Source of the DNA: Candidatus Poribacteria bacterium
GTDB taxonomy: Bacteria > Poribacteria > WGA-4E > PCPOR2b
Assembly (NCBI GenBank): GCA_965218095.1
Contig: OZ244587.1
Coordinates: 2,080,001 to 2,144,000, forward strand
DNA length: 64,000 nt
Direction: 5' to 3'
Shown here piece by piece: positions 29,259 through 39,300 of this stretch (positions within the stretch are counted from its first letter, which is position 1; each line of letters opens with the position of its first letter). Both the position numbers and the translations under genes were made by a program. Under the pieces are notes generated by a model that was not told where the DNA came from, searched no databases, and saw nothing but the letters and a program-made list of their open reading frames with translations.

Positions 29259-31169
29259 ATGAGTACATTCTACATTACAACACCGATATACTATACCAAC
29301 GCCGAGCCGCACGCCGGACACGCGTATACAACAATCGCCGCCGACGTGCTCGCAAGATACCATCGTCTCAAAGGGGACGACGTTTTTTTTCTGACCGGCG
29401 TGGATGAACATGGGGAAAATATCCAAAAAATTGCTGACCAGAAAAACATCTCTCCACAGGCTTACTGCGATCAGATTGCTCCAACGTTCACGACGCTTTG
29501 GGAAAGGTTAAATGTATCTTACGACATCTTCCTGCGCACAACGAGCGAATTGCACAAAAACGGCGTCAGAAAACTCTTGAACACGCTTTATGAAACAGGG
29601 GACATATACAAAGGCAAATACAAGGGATACTATTGTCGTCCGTGCGAACGCTTTTTCACCGAAAAGGAGCAGGGCAAGGATAGAATCTGTCCAATCCACA
29701 ATTTACCCTTGGAATGGGTCGAGGAAGATAACTACTTCTTCGCGCTTTCAAAATATCAAGACCCACTGATTGAACACATTCACAAAAATCCTGAATTTAT
29801 TCAACCCGATAGCCGTCGTAACGAGATGTTGAACGTACTAGAGTCAGGATTGGAGGATGTGAGCATCTCACGGTCTTCCGTATCTTGGGGGATTCCTTTG
29901 CCGTTCGATACAGAGCACATCTCTTATGTCTGGATTGAAGCCTTGAGCAACTATGTCACCGCACTCGATTATGCCCAAGATGGGGAAAGGTTTCGCAAAT
30001 TCTGGCCCGCCAACGTTCACTTGATGGCGAAGGACATAGCACGCTTTCACGCTATTATATGGCCAGCCATGTTAATGGCGGTCAAATTGCCAGTTCCCAA
30101 AAAAGTCGTCGCACACGGCTTCCTGACAAAAGATGGCGAAGCCTTGAGCAAAACGCTCGGTATCTTCATTGATATGGATACCGACATCGGGACGTATGGG
30201 TTGGATGCGTTCCGCTACTACCTGTTGCGCGAGTTCAGCTTCGGAAACGATGGCGATTACCGGCCGAGCCGCCTCGACGCCCGCTACAATGCCGACCTCG
30301 CAAACGATCTCGGAAACCTGCTTAACCGCACACTAGGGCTTGTATCCAAAAACTTCGGTGGTATCCCTGAACCGACGACATCGGGGGAATTTGATGACGA
30401 GATTCAACAGATGGCGCGTGAAACGGTTGAGAAGGTCGATGCCCTGATGGACCAACTCGTTTTCGATATGGTGTTGGAAACGATCTGGGAGTTTGTGCGG
30501 CGAATTAACCGCTATATCCAGCAAACACAGGTTTGGACGTTGGCAAAGTCGGAAGAAACAAAAGGGCGTATGGGAACAATCCTCTATAACAGTATGGAAG
30601 CCCTGCGGGTTGTTGCCGTCCTGATTTCTCCCTTCATGCCCGATACCGCCAATCGCATCCGTCAACAGCTTGGACTCGATGAGAACTTCAACGACCAAGG
30701 ATTGGATACGGTCGCTGAGTGGGGAGGTTTGCCTTCGGGACTGGCGGTTGGAAAACCCGAACCCATTTTTCCTCGAAAGGATACCAAGAAGCCGAAGCGG
30801 GAGAGCAAAGGGACACCTGCCCAAGCGGAGAAGCCCACAGATGATAATCTGATCTCGATGGATCAGTTTCAGGAACTGGATCTGCGTGTCGCTGAAGTGA
30901 TCGCTGCCGAGCGTGTCCCCAACGCAGATCGTCTCCTGAAATTACAAGTCGATCTCGGGAGTGAGAAGCGTCAAGTTGTTGCCGGCATTGCAGCGCATTA
31001 CGCGCCCGAAGAGCTCATCGGGAAACAGATTATTCTAGTCGCCAATTTGCAGCCTGCCAAGATACGCGGTATCGAATCGCAGGGGATGTTGCTCGCGGCT
31101 GCGGATAAGAAAACCCTTGCCGTGGCGACGTTTGAGAAGACGATGCCCCCCGGCGCACAGATCCGTTGA
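29259..31169 (+). CDS. metG: Methionyl-tRNA synthetase with C-terminal tRNA-binding domain
   Basis: YITTPIYY, HAGH (HIGH), ALSKT (KMSKS variant), ANL.PAKIRGIESQGM; start MSTFY. Confidence 0.96.
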   Translation: MSTFYITTPIYYTNAEPHAGHAYTTIAADVLARYHRLKGDDVFFLTGVDEHGENIQKIADQKNISPQAYCDQIAPTFTTLWERLNVSYDIFLRTTSELHKNGVRKLLNTLYETGDIYKGKYKGYYCRPCERFFTEKEQGKDRICPIHNLPLEWVEEDNYFFALSKYQDPLIEHIHKNPEFIQPDSRRNEMLNVLESGLEDVSISRSSVSWGIPLPFDTEHISYVWIEALSNYVTALDYAQDGERFRKFWPANVHLMAKDIARFHAIIWPAMLMAVKLPVPKKVVAHGFLTKDGEALSKTLGIFIDMDTDIGTYGLDAFRYYLLREFSFGNDGDYRPSRLDARYNADLANDLGNLLNRTLGLVSKNFGGIPEPTTSGEFDDEIQQMARETVEKVDALMDQLVFDMVLETIWEFVRRINRYIQQTQVWTLAKSEETKGRMGTILYNSMEALRVVAVLISPFMPDTANRIRQQLGLDENFNDQGLDTVAEWGGLPSGLAVGKPEPIFPRKDTKKPKRESKGTPAQAEKPTDDNLISMDQFQELDLRVAEVIAAERVPNADRLLKLQVDLGSEKRQVVAGIAAHYAPEELIGKQIILVANLQPAKIRGIESQGMLLAAADKKTLAVATFEKTMPPGAQIR

Positions 31170-31210
31170 GTCCACGAATCGGTGAAGCAATATAGTGTTC
31201 TGTCAGGTTT

Positions 31211-31243
31211 AACCTTGCGAAGGTTTCAAACCTTCGCAAGGTT
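31211..31243. repeat. REP-like palindrome AACCTTGCGAAGGTTT(C/G)AAACCTTCGCAAGGTT
   Basis: Near-identical copy at 42906-42938. Confidence 0.75.
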
Positions 31244-31479
31244 TGAGTCCATCAATGGGAGAAATGTCGATGAAGTTCATCTCATTAAATCCGCTGAGGA
31301 AACGAATTCTGAAATTGCTTAAACCCTCGTTTGGACCTGAAGACAAGGTGCACAGCTCATTCTAAATCTGGCAACAACTCAGAAAGAAGTGACAGAGGTC
31401 TCCACTAATCTGCGAGCGGAGGCTTCGAGCGACTGACTCGTGATTCATCTGGGCCCTATTACGTTTCACGTTTTACGCC

Positions 31480-34400
31480 ATGGAAACCATTCTTACCAAC
31501 GGACAAGTCCCACTCCCAATCGACAAAGAGATCTGTGCCCGCCTTGAAAACGGTCGTGCGGATACATTCCTGCTGATCGTCCCAACTGCCCATGCCCGCC
31601 TCAAGTGGCAACGCGAATGCCTGGACTATGCCCCAAACCGAGCCGCTGCGGGCTTACACATCCACACACTCGAAGACCTCGTGCAACGCTTTTACAGACG
31701 TATTGGCGCCGGGCGAAGACAGATCTCCGTGGGTTTACAGACAATATGGATGCGCCAGATCCTAGATCGGGGTGAACTCCCGTTTTTGAAACCGCATCCA
31801 GAAATTCCCGTCCCCCAAGGAACGGTAACACGATTGACAAGTGCGATTAACCAACTCAAGGGGAGTGGCATAGATCCGTCTCAGTTGCAGGGCGATCTGA
31901 TCCAAAGTGAGGAGGTAGAACGCGGTAAACTGACGGATCTCACCGCGCTTTATGAAGCGTATGAGGGATGCCTCAGCAATCAATGGGCGGATCGTGCAGG
32001 TGTTCACCGTGCCGTTTCAAACGACCTGTCCACATCTCCGAGTCGAACGGAAAAATTGATGACGACGCTCTTCCCCGATGTAGATCTGGTCATTGTCAGT
32101 GGTTTTGATGTTTTCTCCCCTCCCGACCTCTCGATTCTGACCGGCATCGCCAATCTGCCGCCGATGAAAATGGGCATCGTTCTCGACTTCGATGAGCAGA
32201 ACGAATCCCTCTTTGGGCATGTGAAAGAGAACTATGACCAACTTTTGAGTGTTGGGTTTCAGACCTCTCCCCCGGCCCCTCTCTTACAAGGAGAGTGGCC
32301 GGGGGAGGGGTCCTCGCAATCCAGAATCCGCAATCAGCACTTCGCCCAAAATCTGTTCCGCAAGGACCGGTGGCTGCAATCATCGGATGAGAAACTAGAG
32401 CTCACGAAACAGATGACCCTCGTGCAAGTATCAGATCGGGTCCAGGAGGTGGAGCAGATTGCCAGGTTGATCAAGCAGTTCGTATTGCATCAGCCCGCTC
32501 TTGAACTCCATCGTGTGTGTATCACTTTCTACAACCTTGACATTTACGCGCCGCTCATTCGCGAGATTTTCCCGATTTACGGCATCCCCTATGCCCTGGA
32601 TTGGGATGAAGGGCTTACGAATTCCCCGATCGTCGTATCGATCTTCGCGTTGCTTGATGTCATTGAAGGCAATGCGAGTCCGCGGAACAGACGTAAAGTC
32701 TTGCAGAGTCCCTACTTCTCGATTGATGATTGGAGTTCGATGATTGACAATTGCGAATTAAAGACGGAGATGCCTCCCCATGCTTTTAGCGCAGCCTTCG
32801 ATCAGTTGATGGAAACCTTAAATGTCCGTCAGCAGGTTCTGAAGGGAAGTTGGGAAGAAAAAACGCTGCTCGCCGCACACGAGATCAATGCCTATCGCCG
32901 CTTCCGTGCCCTCATTGATGAACTGGTTAATTTTCTCATGGTGGAGTACGATGGGGAGCGTCATCACCGTCTGAACGCCTACGTCAACTGGCTCAGATTG
33001 ATGGCTTCACAAACCACTTATCAATGGGGTAATCTAGACAACGATGGGGTTTGCATTCTGCCGCTTGTCCAGACGAAAGAATTGGATTTTGATATTGTCA
33101 TCTTGGGCGGTTTGGTCAATGGCGATTTCCCCGCAGTTTTTCGCCCTGACGCTTTCCTGCATCCCAGGCGAAGTCGGAGTGAATCCGATCGGCTTCGTGA
33201 AGATCGCTTCCTTTTCTATCAAGCCCTCAAGCTATATCGCAAACATCTGTACCTGATTGCGCCACAGCGTGACGGTGAAATTGAACTGGTACAATCTTCA
33301 TTTATTGACGAACTCCGGCGCGTTGCTGACATCCACACCCTCCAGGATAACACCACGGCCCTTTTTAGTACGGAGAGTTTCCTCAAAGATTACGGGAAGT
33401 TTGCTTGGGAATCCGCAGGGGAAAGAATGGAAAGCGGGAAAGAGGAAAAAAGCGAGATTTCTATCCTTCCATCCTTCCCTTCCTCCCTTCCTTCCCCGCC
33501 TTCTACGCTTTTGCCCTTGCTTGATTTGATCGAGCATAATGTGCGTGTTGAAAAGAGCCGCACAGTCACACACGACCTGCCACAATACGAAGGCTGGCTT
33601 ATACGCGACTTGCTGTCTCGGACAAGCCGGCGTGCGCTTGAAGAACGGCGTGAAGGGGTTTATTCGGTGAGTCAATTGGAAAGCTATGGCCGGTGTCCGT
33701 TTCAGTATTTCTCCGATCGTGTATTAAGGCTGAACCGAATTGAAGAGGAGGAGGAGGAGGAGGGCTTAACAAACCGCGAAAGGGGGAGTCTGCTGCACGC
33801 GATCTTGTTTGAATTCTACGATCGCCGTCGTGACGAGCCGCCGATTTCCGCTTGTACGGATTCGGAATTTGAGGCGGCTGTACAGGAGCTCAGAGAAATT
33901 GCGCGAAAACACCTGAGTTGGGATGGGGTTAAACCGCGTCCCAGACACGGAGGACTGTTTTGGGAGATTGATGTGGAGACGCTCATCGGCGGGCATGGGC
34001 GGACGGGGGTCTTACCTGCATTCCTTGAAGCAGAAAGGGCGCGAAAATTTGAGGTACATCCCCAATATTTTGAGGTCGAATTCGGTTCTAGTGGCAGACC
34101 GGGACAAATAGATCCAATACTCGGCAGCAATGCGCCAATCGCGGTTGGGGAGGTCTCCCTGTCCGGGAAGATTGATCGAATCGAAGTGGGGGATGGGTTC
34201 TTCATTGTTGGCGATTACAAGACAGGGAGGGAAAACCCCAAAATCCGCGATATTCTTGAGGGACGCAGCCTGCAACTGCCAATCTATATCGCCGTTGCTG
34301 AGCAGTTGCTGAAGGGACGCTACCTTCGAGAAGTCAAAGGGGTGGGAGGCGTCTACTACGTTTTGCGGGAAGATAGCAAAGCGGAGCTTGGCATCGGGGA

Positions 34401-34647
34401 CAAGGCGTACGATGGCAGGGCGTTTAAGGCGTCTTCCCGAAGCGGGCAGTTGTTGCCCAATTCAAATCAGGGAATTGAGGACACGCAAATGGTCATCGAT
34501 TTGGCGGTCGAATACGTCAATCGGTATGTCGGTTCGATTGCCAGTGGAGAATTTCCATTGACCTCCCACGACAAGCAGCTAGTCTGCCGTTACTGTTCAT
34601 TCAAAAAGATCTGTCGTGTGGGCGAGATTTTAGAGGAAACCGGATAA
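31480..34647 (+). CDS. AddB/RexB-like helicase-nuclease subunit with C-terminal PD-(D/E)XK nuclease and Fe-S cysteines
   Basis: YSVSQLESYGRCPF, GSLLH, GKIDRIE..DYKTG, LQLPIY, CRYCSFKKICR. Confidence 0.82.
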   Translation: METILTNGQVPLPIDKEICARLENGRADTFLLIVPTAHARLKWQRECLDYAPNRAAAGLHIHTLEDLVQRFYRRIGAGRRQISVGLQTIWMRQILDRGELPFLKPHPEIPVPQGTVTRLTSAINQLKGSGIDPSQLQGDLIQSEEVERGKLTDLTALYEAYEGCLSNQWADRAGVHRAVSNDLSTSPSRTEKLMTTLFPDVDLVIVSGFDVFSPPDLSILTGIANLPPMKMGIVLDFDEQNESLFGHVKENYDQLLSVGFQTSPPAPLLQGEWPGEGSSQSRIRNQHFAQNLFRKDRWLQSSDEKLELTKQMTLVQVSDRVQEVEQIARLIKQFVLHQPALELHRVCITFYNLDIYAPLIREIFPIYGIPYALDWDEGLTNSPIVVSIFALLDVIEGNASPRNRRKVLQSPYFSIDDWSSMIDNCELKTEMPPHAFSAAFDQLMETLNVRQQVLKGSWEEKTLLAAHEINAYRRFRALIDELVNFLMVEYDGERHHRLNAYVNWLRLMASQTTYQWGNLDNDGVCILPLVQTKELDFDIVILGGLVNGDFPAVFRPDAFLHPRRSRSESDRLREDRFLFYQALKLYRKHLYLIAPQRDGEIELVQSSFIDELRRVADIHTLQDNTTALFSTESFLKDYGKFAWESAGERMESGKEEKSEISILPSFPSSLPSPPSTLLPLLDLIEHNVRVEKSRTVTHDLPQYEGWLIRDLLSRTSRRALEERREGVYSVSQLESYGRCPFQYFSDRVLRLNRIEEEEEEEGLTNRERGSLLHAILFEFYDRRRDEPPISACTDSEFEAAVQELREIARKHLSWDGVKPRPRHGGLFWEIDVETLIGGHGRTGVLPAFLEAERARKFEVHPQYFEVEFGSSGRPGQIDPILGSNAPIAVGEVSLSGKIDRIEVGDGFFIVGDYKTGRENPKIRDILEGRSLQLPIYIAVAEQLLKGRYLREVKGVGGVYYVLREDSKAELGIGDKAYDGRAFKASSRSGQLLPNSNQGIEDTQMVIDLAVEYVNRYVGSIASGEFPLTSHDKQLVCRYCSFKKICRVGEILEETG

Positions 34648-34703
34648 GTAGATGAGATAGCGGTTGATATGCTATAATTACGTGAAACGTGATGCGTGAA
34701 ACG

Positions 34704-34862
34704 TACCACTGTTAAATAAATTATGACAGTAGGTCAATTTTCCAAAATTGACTCTCTGAAATCGCGTCGAGATTGGAATCTTGACCTACTGTCAAAACAT
34801 AATTTACAGTGTACTATACCCATCAATCCACCTTTACTGTCAAAACTAATTTCACAGTGTAG
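34704..34862. repeat. Composite MITE/REP repeat
   Basis: ACTGTCAAAAC..ACAGTGTA direct repeats (~34788, ~34836), an inverted copy at 34704-34732, and a GTAGGTCAA/TTGACCTAC REP between. Confidence 0.6.
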
Positions 34863-35032
34863 TAATGAGTAAATAAGGAGATTCTAATAGTTACTAATGC
34901 ACCCTCTCGTTCCCCAATTCTGCTTGGGGACAGATTTGTGCGAAGTTCTGCTTCCTCCTTTGGATTGTTGCGTATCTACAGTTAGTAGCAAGCTGATTGA
35001 GAGTTGGTATAAGATAAGGAGCAAAATCATCT

Positions 35033-36190
35033 ATGTATGTTGAAGGACCTTTATCTTCGTTGACCCGTGTGAAGAAAGCGCGCTCCCTGCGTGCCTCTTC
35101 GTGGGATACAACCGGAAGAAATAACGATGCCTGGAGTATTCAACCTGACGAGGCGCGAGTGCTTGCTGAGATCAAGGGACCTGGCTGCATCAACCACATC
35201 TGGATGACGCAACGAGACGGTTACCGGAATGTCCTCCTGTGCATCTTTTGGGATGACGAAGAACACCCCAGCGTGCTCTGTCCACTTGGGGACTTTTTCG
35301 GTTTGGGGCACGAAATCGTCAATTCCTACGATTCACTGCTGTTTTCGGCGTCAACAAATGGGAATAACCAGTTCAACACAGGCTGTGCGCTGAATTGCTA
35401 CGTGCAGATGCCGTTTAACAAGTCTGCACGGGTTGAGTTTGTCAACGAAGGCGATGAACCCCACCGTCAATACTTCTACATCGATTATGAACTTTATGAT
35501 CAATCCCTTGGCGATGATGTGGCTTACTTCCATGCGCAGTTTCGTCGAGAAAATCCGTGCGACGGGTGGGGACACGAGATTCGGGTCAACACGCCGGAAG
35601 CCAACATCGTCAACACAGAAAGGCTTGCCTGGGATAACAATTACCTGATCCTTAAAGCGGAAGGACGAGGACACTACATCGGCTGCAATCTCTCCATCAC
35701 CAATTTTCAAGGCACATGGTGGGGCGAAGGGGATGATATGATTTGGGTTGATGGATACAAGTGGCCGCCGGATCTCCACGGCACCGGATCGGAGGATTAT
35801 CTCAACCAGGCGTGGGGCATACAGCCCAACGCATTTCGACACAATGGTTCGTCAATCTACGAGCGTGACACCAATGGCTATCAAACGTCGTATGTGTTTC
35901 ATCTTGAAAATCCGGTCCGATTTGAAAAGGAAATCCGCGCCACCATTGAGCATGGACATGGGAATCATCTCCGTAACGGGATGTCTTCGGTCGCCTACTG
36001 GTATCAACTCGAACCGCATAAACCGTTTGGCATCCTACCTGTTCAGCAACGAAAACCAATTCTCAAGGATGAAAATGGGGAGTGGGTTATCGACGAGACT
36101 GCACAAACATCACAGTCGGAACCGGTGTTGAATGATGAAATGAAGCGGATGAAGGCGCAATGGGCGGAAAAACAGGAGAATGAAACGTGA
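35033..36190 (+). CDS. DUF2961 / glycoside hydrolase family 172-like protein
   Basis: GPGCINHIWMT, PLGDFFG, MPF, WWGEGDD, HGTGSEDY, IEHGH, SSVAYWYQ. Confidence 0.85.
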   Translation: MYVEGPLSSLTRVKKARSLRASSWDTTGRNNDAWSIQPDEARVLAEIKGPGCINHIWMTQRDGYRNVLLCIFWDDEEHPSVLCPLGDFFGLGHEIVNSYDSLLFSASTNGNNQFNTGCALNCYVQMPFNKSARVEFVNEGDEPHRQYFYIDYELYDQSLGDDVAYFHAQFRRENPCDGWGHEIRVNTPEANIVNTERLAWDNNYLILKAEGRGHYIGCNLSITNFQGTWWGEGDDMIWVDGYKWPPDLHGTGSEDYLNQAWGIQPNAFRHNGSSIYERDTNGYQTSYVFHLENPVRFEKEIRATIEHGHGNHLRNGMSSVAYWYQLEPHKPFGILPVQQRKPILKDENGEWVIDETAQTSQSEPVLNDEMKRMKAQWAEKQENET

Positions 36191-36387
36191 TGAGGAGTTT
36201 AGTAGTTCAAGAGTTCAGTCCCAATTTTCGGCGCAACCGAGTTGTGGATGGATCTTTTTCGGATGAGTTCAATCTGGCGACTAACCCCGATTAAGGATCG
36301 GGGTTAAGTTGACGGCTAATGAATACCAGTTAGGTATCACGCATCACGTTTCACGTACCTATTCACCACGATTTTTGGAGGATTTGA

Positions 36388-39300
36388 ATGTTTACAATTT
36401 TTCACGGGTTTTTGGCATTGACAACCGTTCATGCCAATGAAACAGCGGGGGATCAAGAAAATCCACCCGACGAGGTTGTGCAAGAGAATCTATCGACGGA
36501 AGAAGCAGAGGGACCAAAGGTATCTTCCGATGATGATGAAACGAATGAATCGGATTTAAAAGTTGAGCAAAGTGAAGACACGCAACCCGACGATGAGCAG
36601 AATAACGAAGACGTGATAGAAACACATCAAACCGTAGACGCAGAAGAACACAACTTGGAATTAAACGATCGTACGGAAAAATCTTCCGATAACCTTGAGG
36701 CGGAAGCTGTCACGGAAGAAGGGCGCATGGAGGAAACCTCCGAAGCAAGTGAAGCAAAAACTGAAGAAGCCGAAGACCAGGCGGCAGAAGCAATCACAAC
36801 AGATTCGGATCAGGAAACGAGCGAAGATGCTGAGATACCCCTCAGTTTTGGGGGTATTGATGAGGTGTATAATTTCGTCAATGAATTTCAGCACAGTCAA
36901 TCGAGCAATGCCGAGCAAACCTCTGCCAGCACTCAGGATAGCGCCGGCGGCGAAAAGAAAGCGGCAATCTTTGAACACCCCCGCGCCGACGGCGATGCGC
37001 GAATCGAATATGAGGTGACGCTACCGCAAGTAGAATCCAACGAAAGTCTGATCTTGCACTTCAGCATCGGGTTGAGGGACGGCGTCGATTTTGAACTGCC
37101 CCATACGGAGCCTGATGGGGTACAGTTTGCCATCGAGATTTCAGGTGAACGCCGCTTTGAAGGCGTCTCCGTCGCCTGTCAATGGGATGAGCGCCTCATT
37201 GACCTTTCTGATTTCGCCGAAAGCACGATCCAAATTGCGTTCCTGACCAATTGCAATGGCGCAGGCAATACCGACTACGACTGGGCTTTATGGGGCAATC
37301 CGCGCGTCTTAAAGCTCACCTGTGTTTCGCTGCCGGTTGAAAAGGGCGAAACTGAACCCAAAATGAGACGTGGACTTGCGATGGGACTCTTAGAAGGCGA
37401 GTCCCCAGAACTCTCTGTCACTGAATTTGATTTGGAGACATCTACGCTGGTATCCGAAATAGTAGATAAAATCAGCCAACAGATGCAAGCGAAAGTGGGG
37501 GCGGCGATTGTAGAGCTTGCGCTATACACAGAGCAACCAAAGTTGGAGCTCGTAACAGCGGGACCGACTGTTGCCCTCATTGCGGCAAAGGAGGATTTTC
37601 AACTGCAATGCACGATTCGCAACAACGGGCTGGTTCCACTTGAGCCCATCCACGAAGCGACTGTCGCGATAAGTCGGATTAAGTTGCAGCGTGGTCGATC
37701 TACACAGCTACTTAGAACGCTCAACCCCGGTGAGGAAACAGCAGTGTCGTGGAATATCCGCAGCTTTTCACGTGAGTCGGTGACGCAGGTGTCTGTCGCG
37801 CTTCGGTGTCAAACACCGACAGGTGAGATTCGCCAAACCGTTGACAAGACGATCGCAATTCATCCGGCAATCCCCAGAATCTCTAATCAAACTGCTCTAG
37901 AGTTACACACCCATGATCTGAATGGCCATGTAATTACCGAAAACCGGCATTTGCGTGCGGTCTTTGTGAGGGGAAATCAAGGATTTGAATACTATCTGCT
38001 CTTTGCCGCGAAAAATGGGCGTTACCGGCAAGTTGCAGTTTGCAACGCGATCTCAAAACTCTGCTATCGTGACTTGGCGGGAAACATTCAACACACCCGA
38101 ATTACGCCCTCCCTCTATCGTCTCGCCGGAAATAACCGTGGCGAATCGATTGTGTTGCTGTCTTCCGAGGAGAAGGACGCTGACGGCGTGCTCTGGTCTT
38201 ATGAAGGACGTTTTTCGTTGTCAGAGGGAACAAAACGGATCAATGTGGAATACCGTCTTGGTGCCAATCAAGATCGGGAATTGATCGCTTTCAACGGGCC
38301 GATGCTCCACGCAGGCGAATGGGCGTCTGGCGAGCGTAAGACCTTTGCCCTTTTCCCCGGCTTAGAATTTCTGGAAGATGATGAACCGTCGTCGAGTACG
38401 CGCGATGCAGCCTCTCCGATTAACAACCGACTCGTTCCCCATCCCTATAAAATTACGGTTCCGCTGATGGCTATTGAGCATAAAAAGTCGCTGGTTGGCT
38501 TAGTGTGGGATGCATTGGAAACCTGGGATGGCGAAAACAATATGCTATCGGCGGCCTTTGCTTCGCCGAATTGGTATGAACACCAAAGAAACCACCTGAT
38601 GGGGCTGTTTTTACCTACCGTTCCCGATTGGGTTGAAGAAAATCATCTGGAAATTTCGTGCTCATCCGATCAGATCGGACATCCCGGAATCGTCGGCGAT
38701 GCCCGGACCTTCACGCCGTATCCGCTGAAAGCGAACCAGCCAATTACACTCAAAGCACAAATTATTATCGACGGAAACGCTTCCATTTTGGATGCAATCT
38801 CCCACTGGACAGATGCCTATGGTGTGCTTGAGCCTCTGGAAGCACCACGCAGTGATGAGGAGGAACTTCTACTTTCGCGGCACGGCTTCATGCACACCAT
38901 ATGGGACGAAAAGACAGGAAAATCTCGACACTGCGTCGGTTGGACACCTGGGAATGCACCGGGCTTTGCAACGCTGCTGTGGTACGATCACCTCGTCCAA
39001 ACTCAAGATGACGCGGTGAGAGATGAATCGGTCAGGCAGCGGGTCCTTGAAATCGTCAAAAGTACGATTCAAGAATCTGGGGCAGGAGGACTGGTTTCCA
39101 CTGACCTCTGTCACATTTTGAAATGGGAAGCGCCGTTTTACTTCGGGCATATCGAAGCTGGACTAGATCGGCTCAAAGAGATTATGGGCCGATTGATTGA
39201 GGTGCAGGCAGAGGATGGCAGTTGGCGTTTTCACCCAACCACGGATCGCATCAAAACGCTGGGGAATGAAGGGGATGTCGTTTTAGGGACTTGTGCGCAT

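Noticed and set aside
33742-33763. GAG triplet run
   Set aside because: Encodes a poly-Glu linker in frame; not a phase-variation tract.
33650-34647. Cas4-like nuclease (PD-(D/E)XK + four Cys) as a possible adaptation gene for the array
   Set aside because: It is the C-terminal domain of a 1055-aa AddB-like protein 10 kb away; no cas1/cas2 present.
34788-34862. Second CRISPR-like array
   Set aside because: Only two imperfect copies separated by ~22 bp, plus an inverted copy; better explained as MITE ends.
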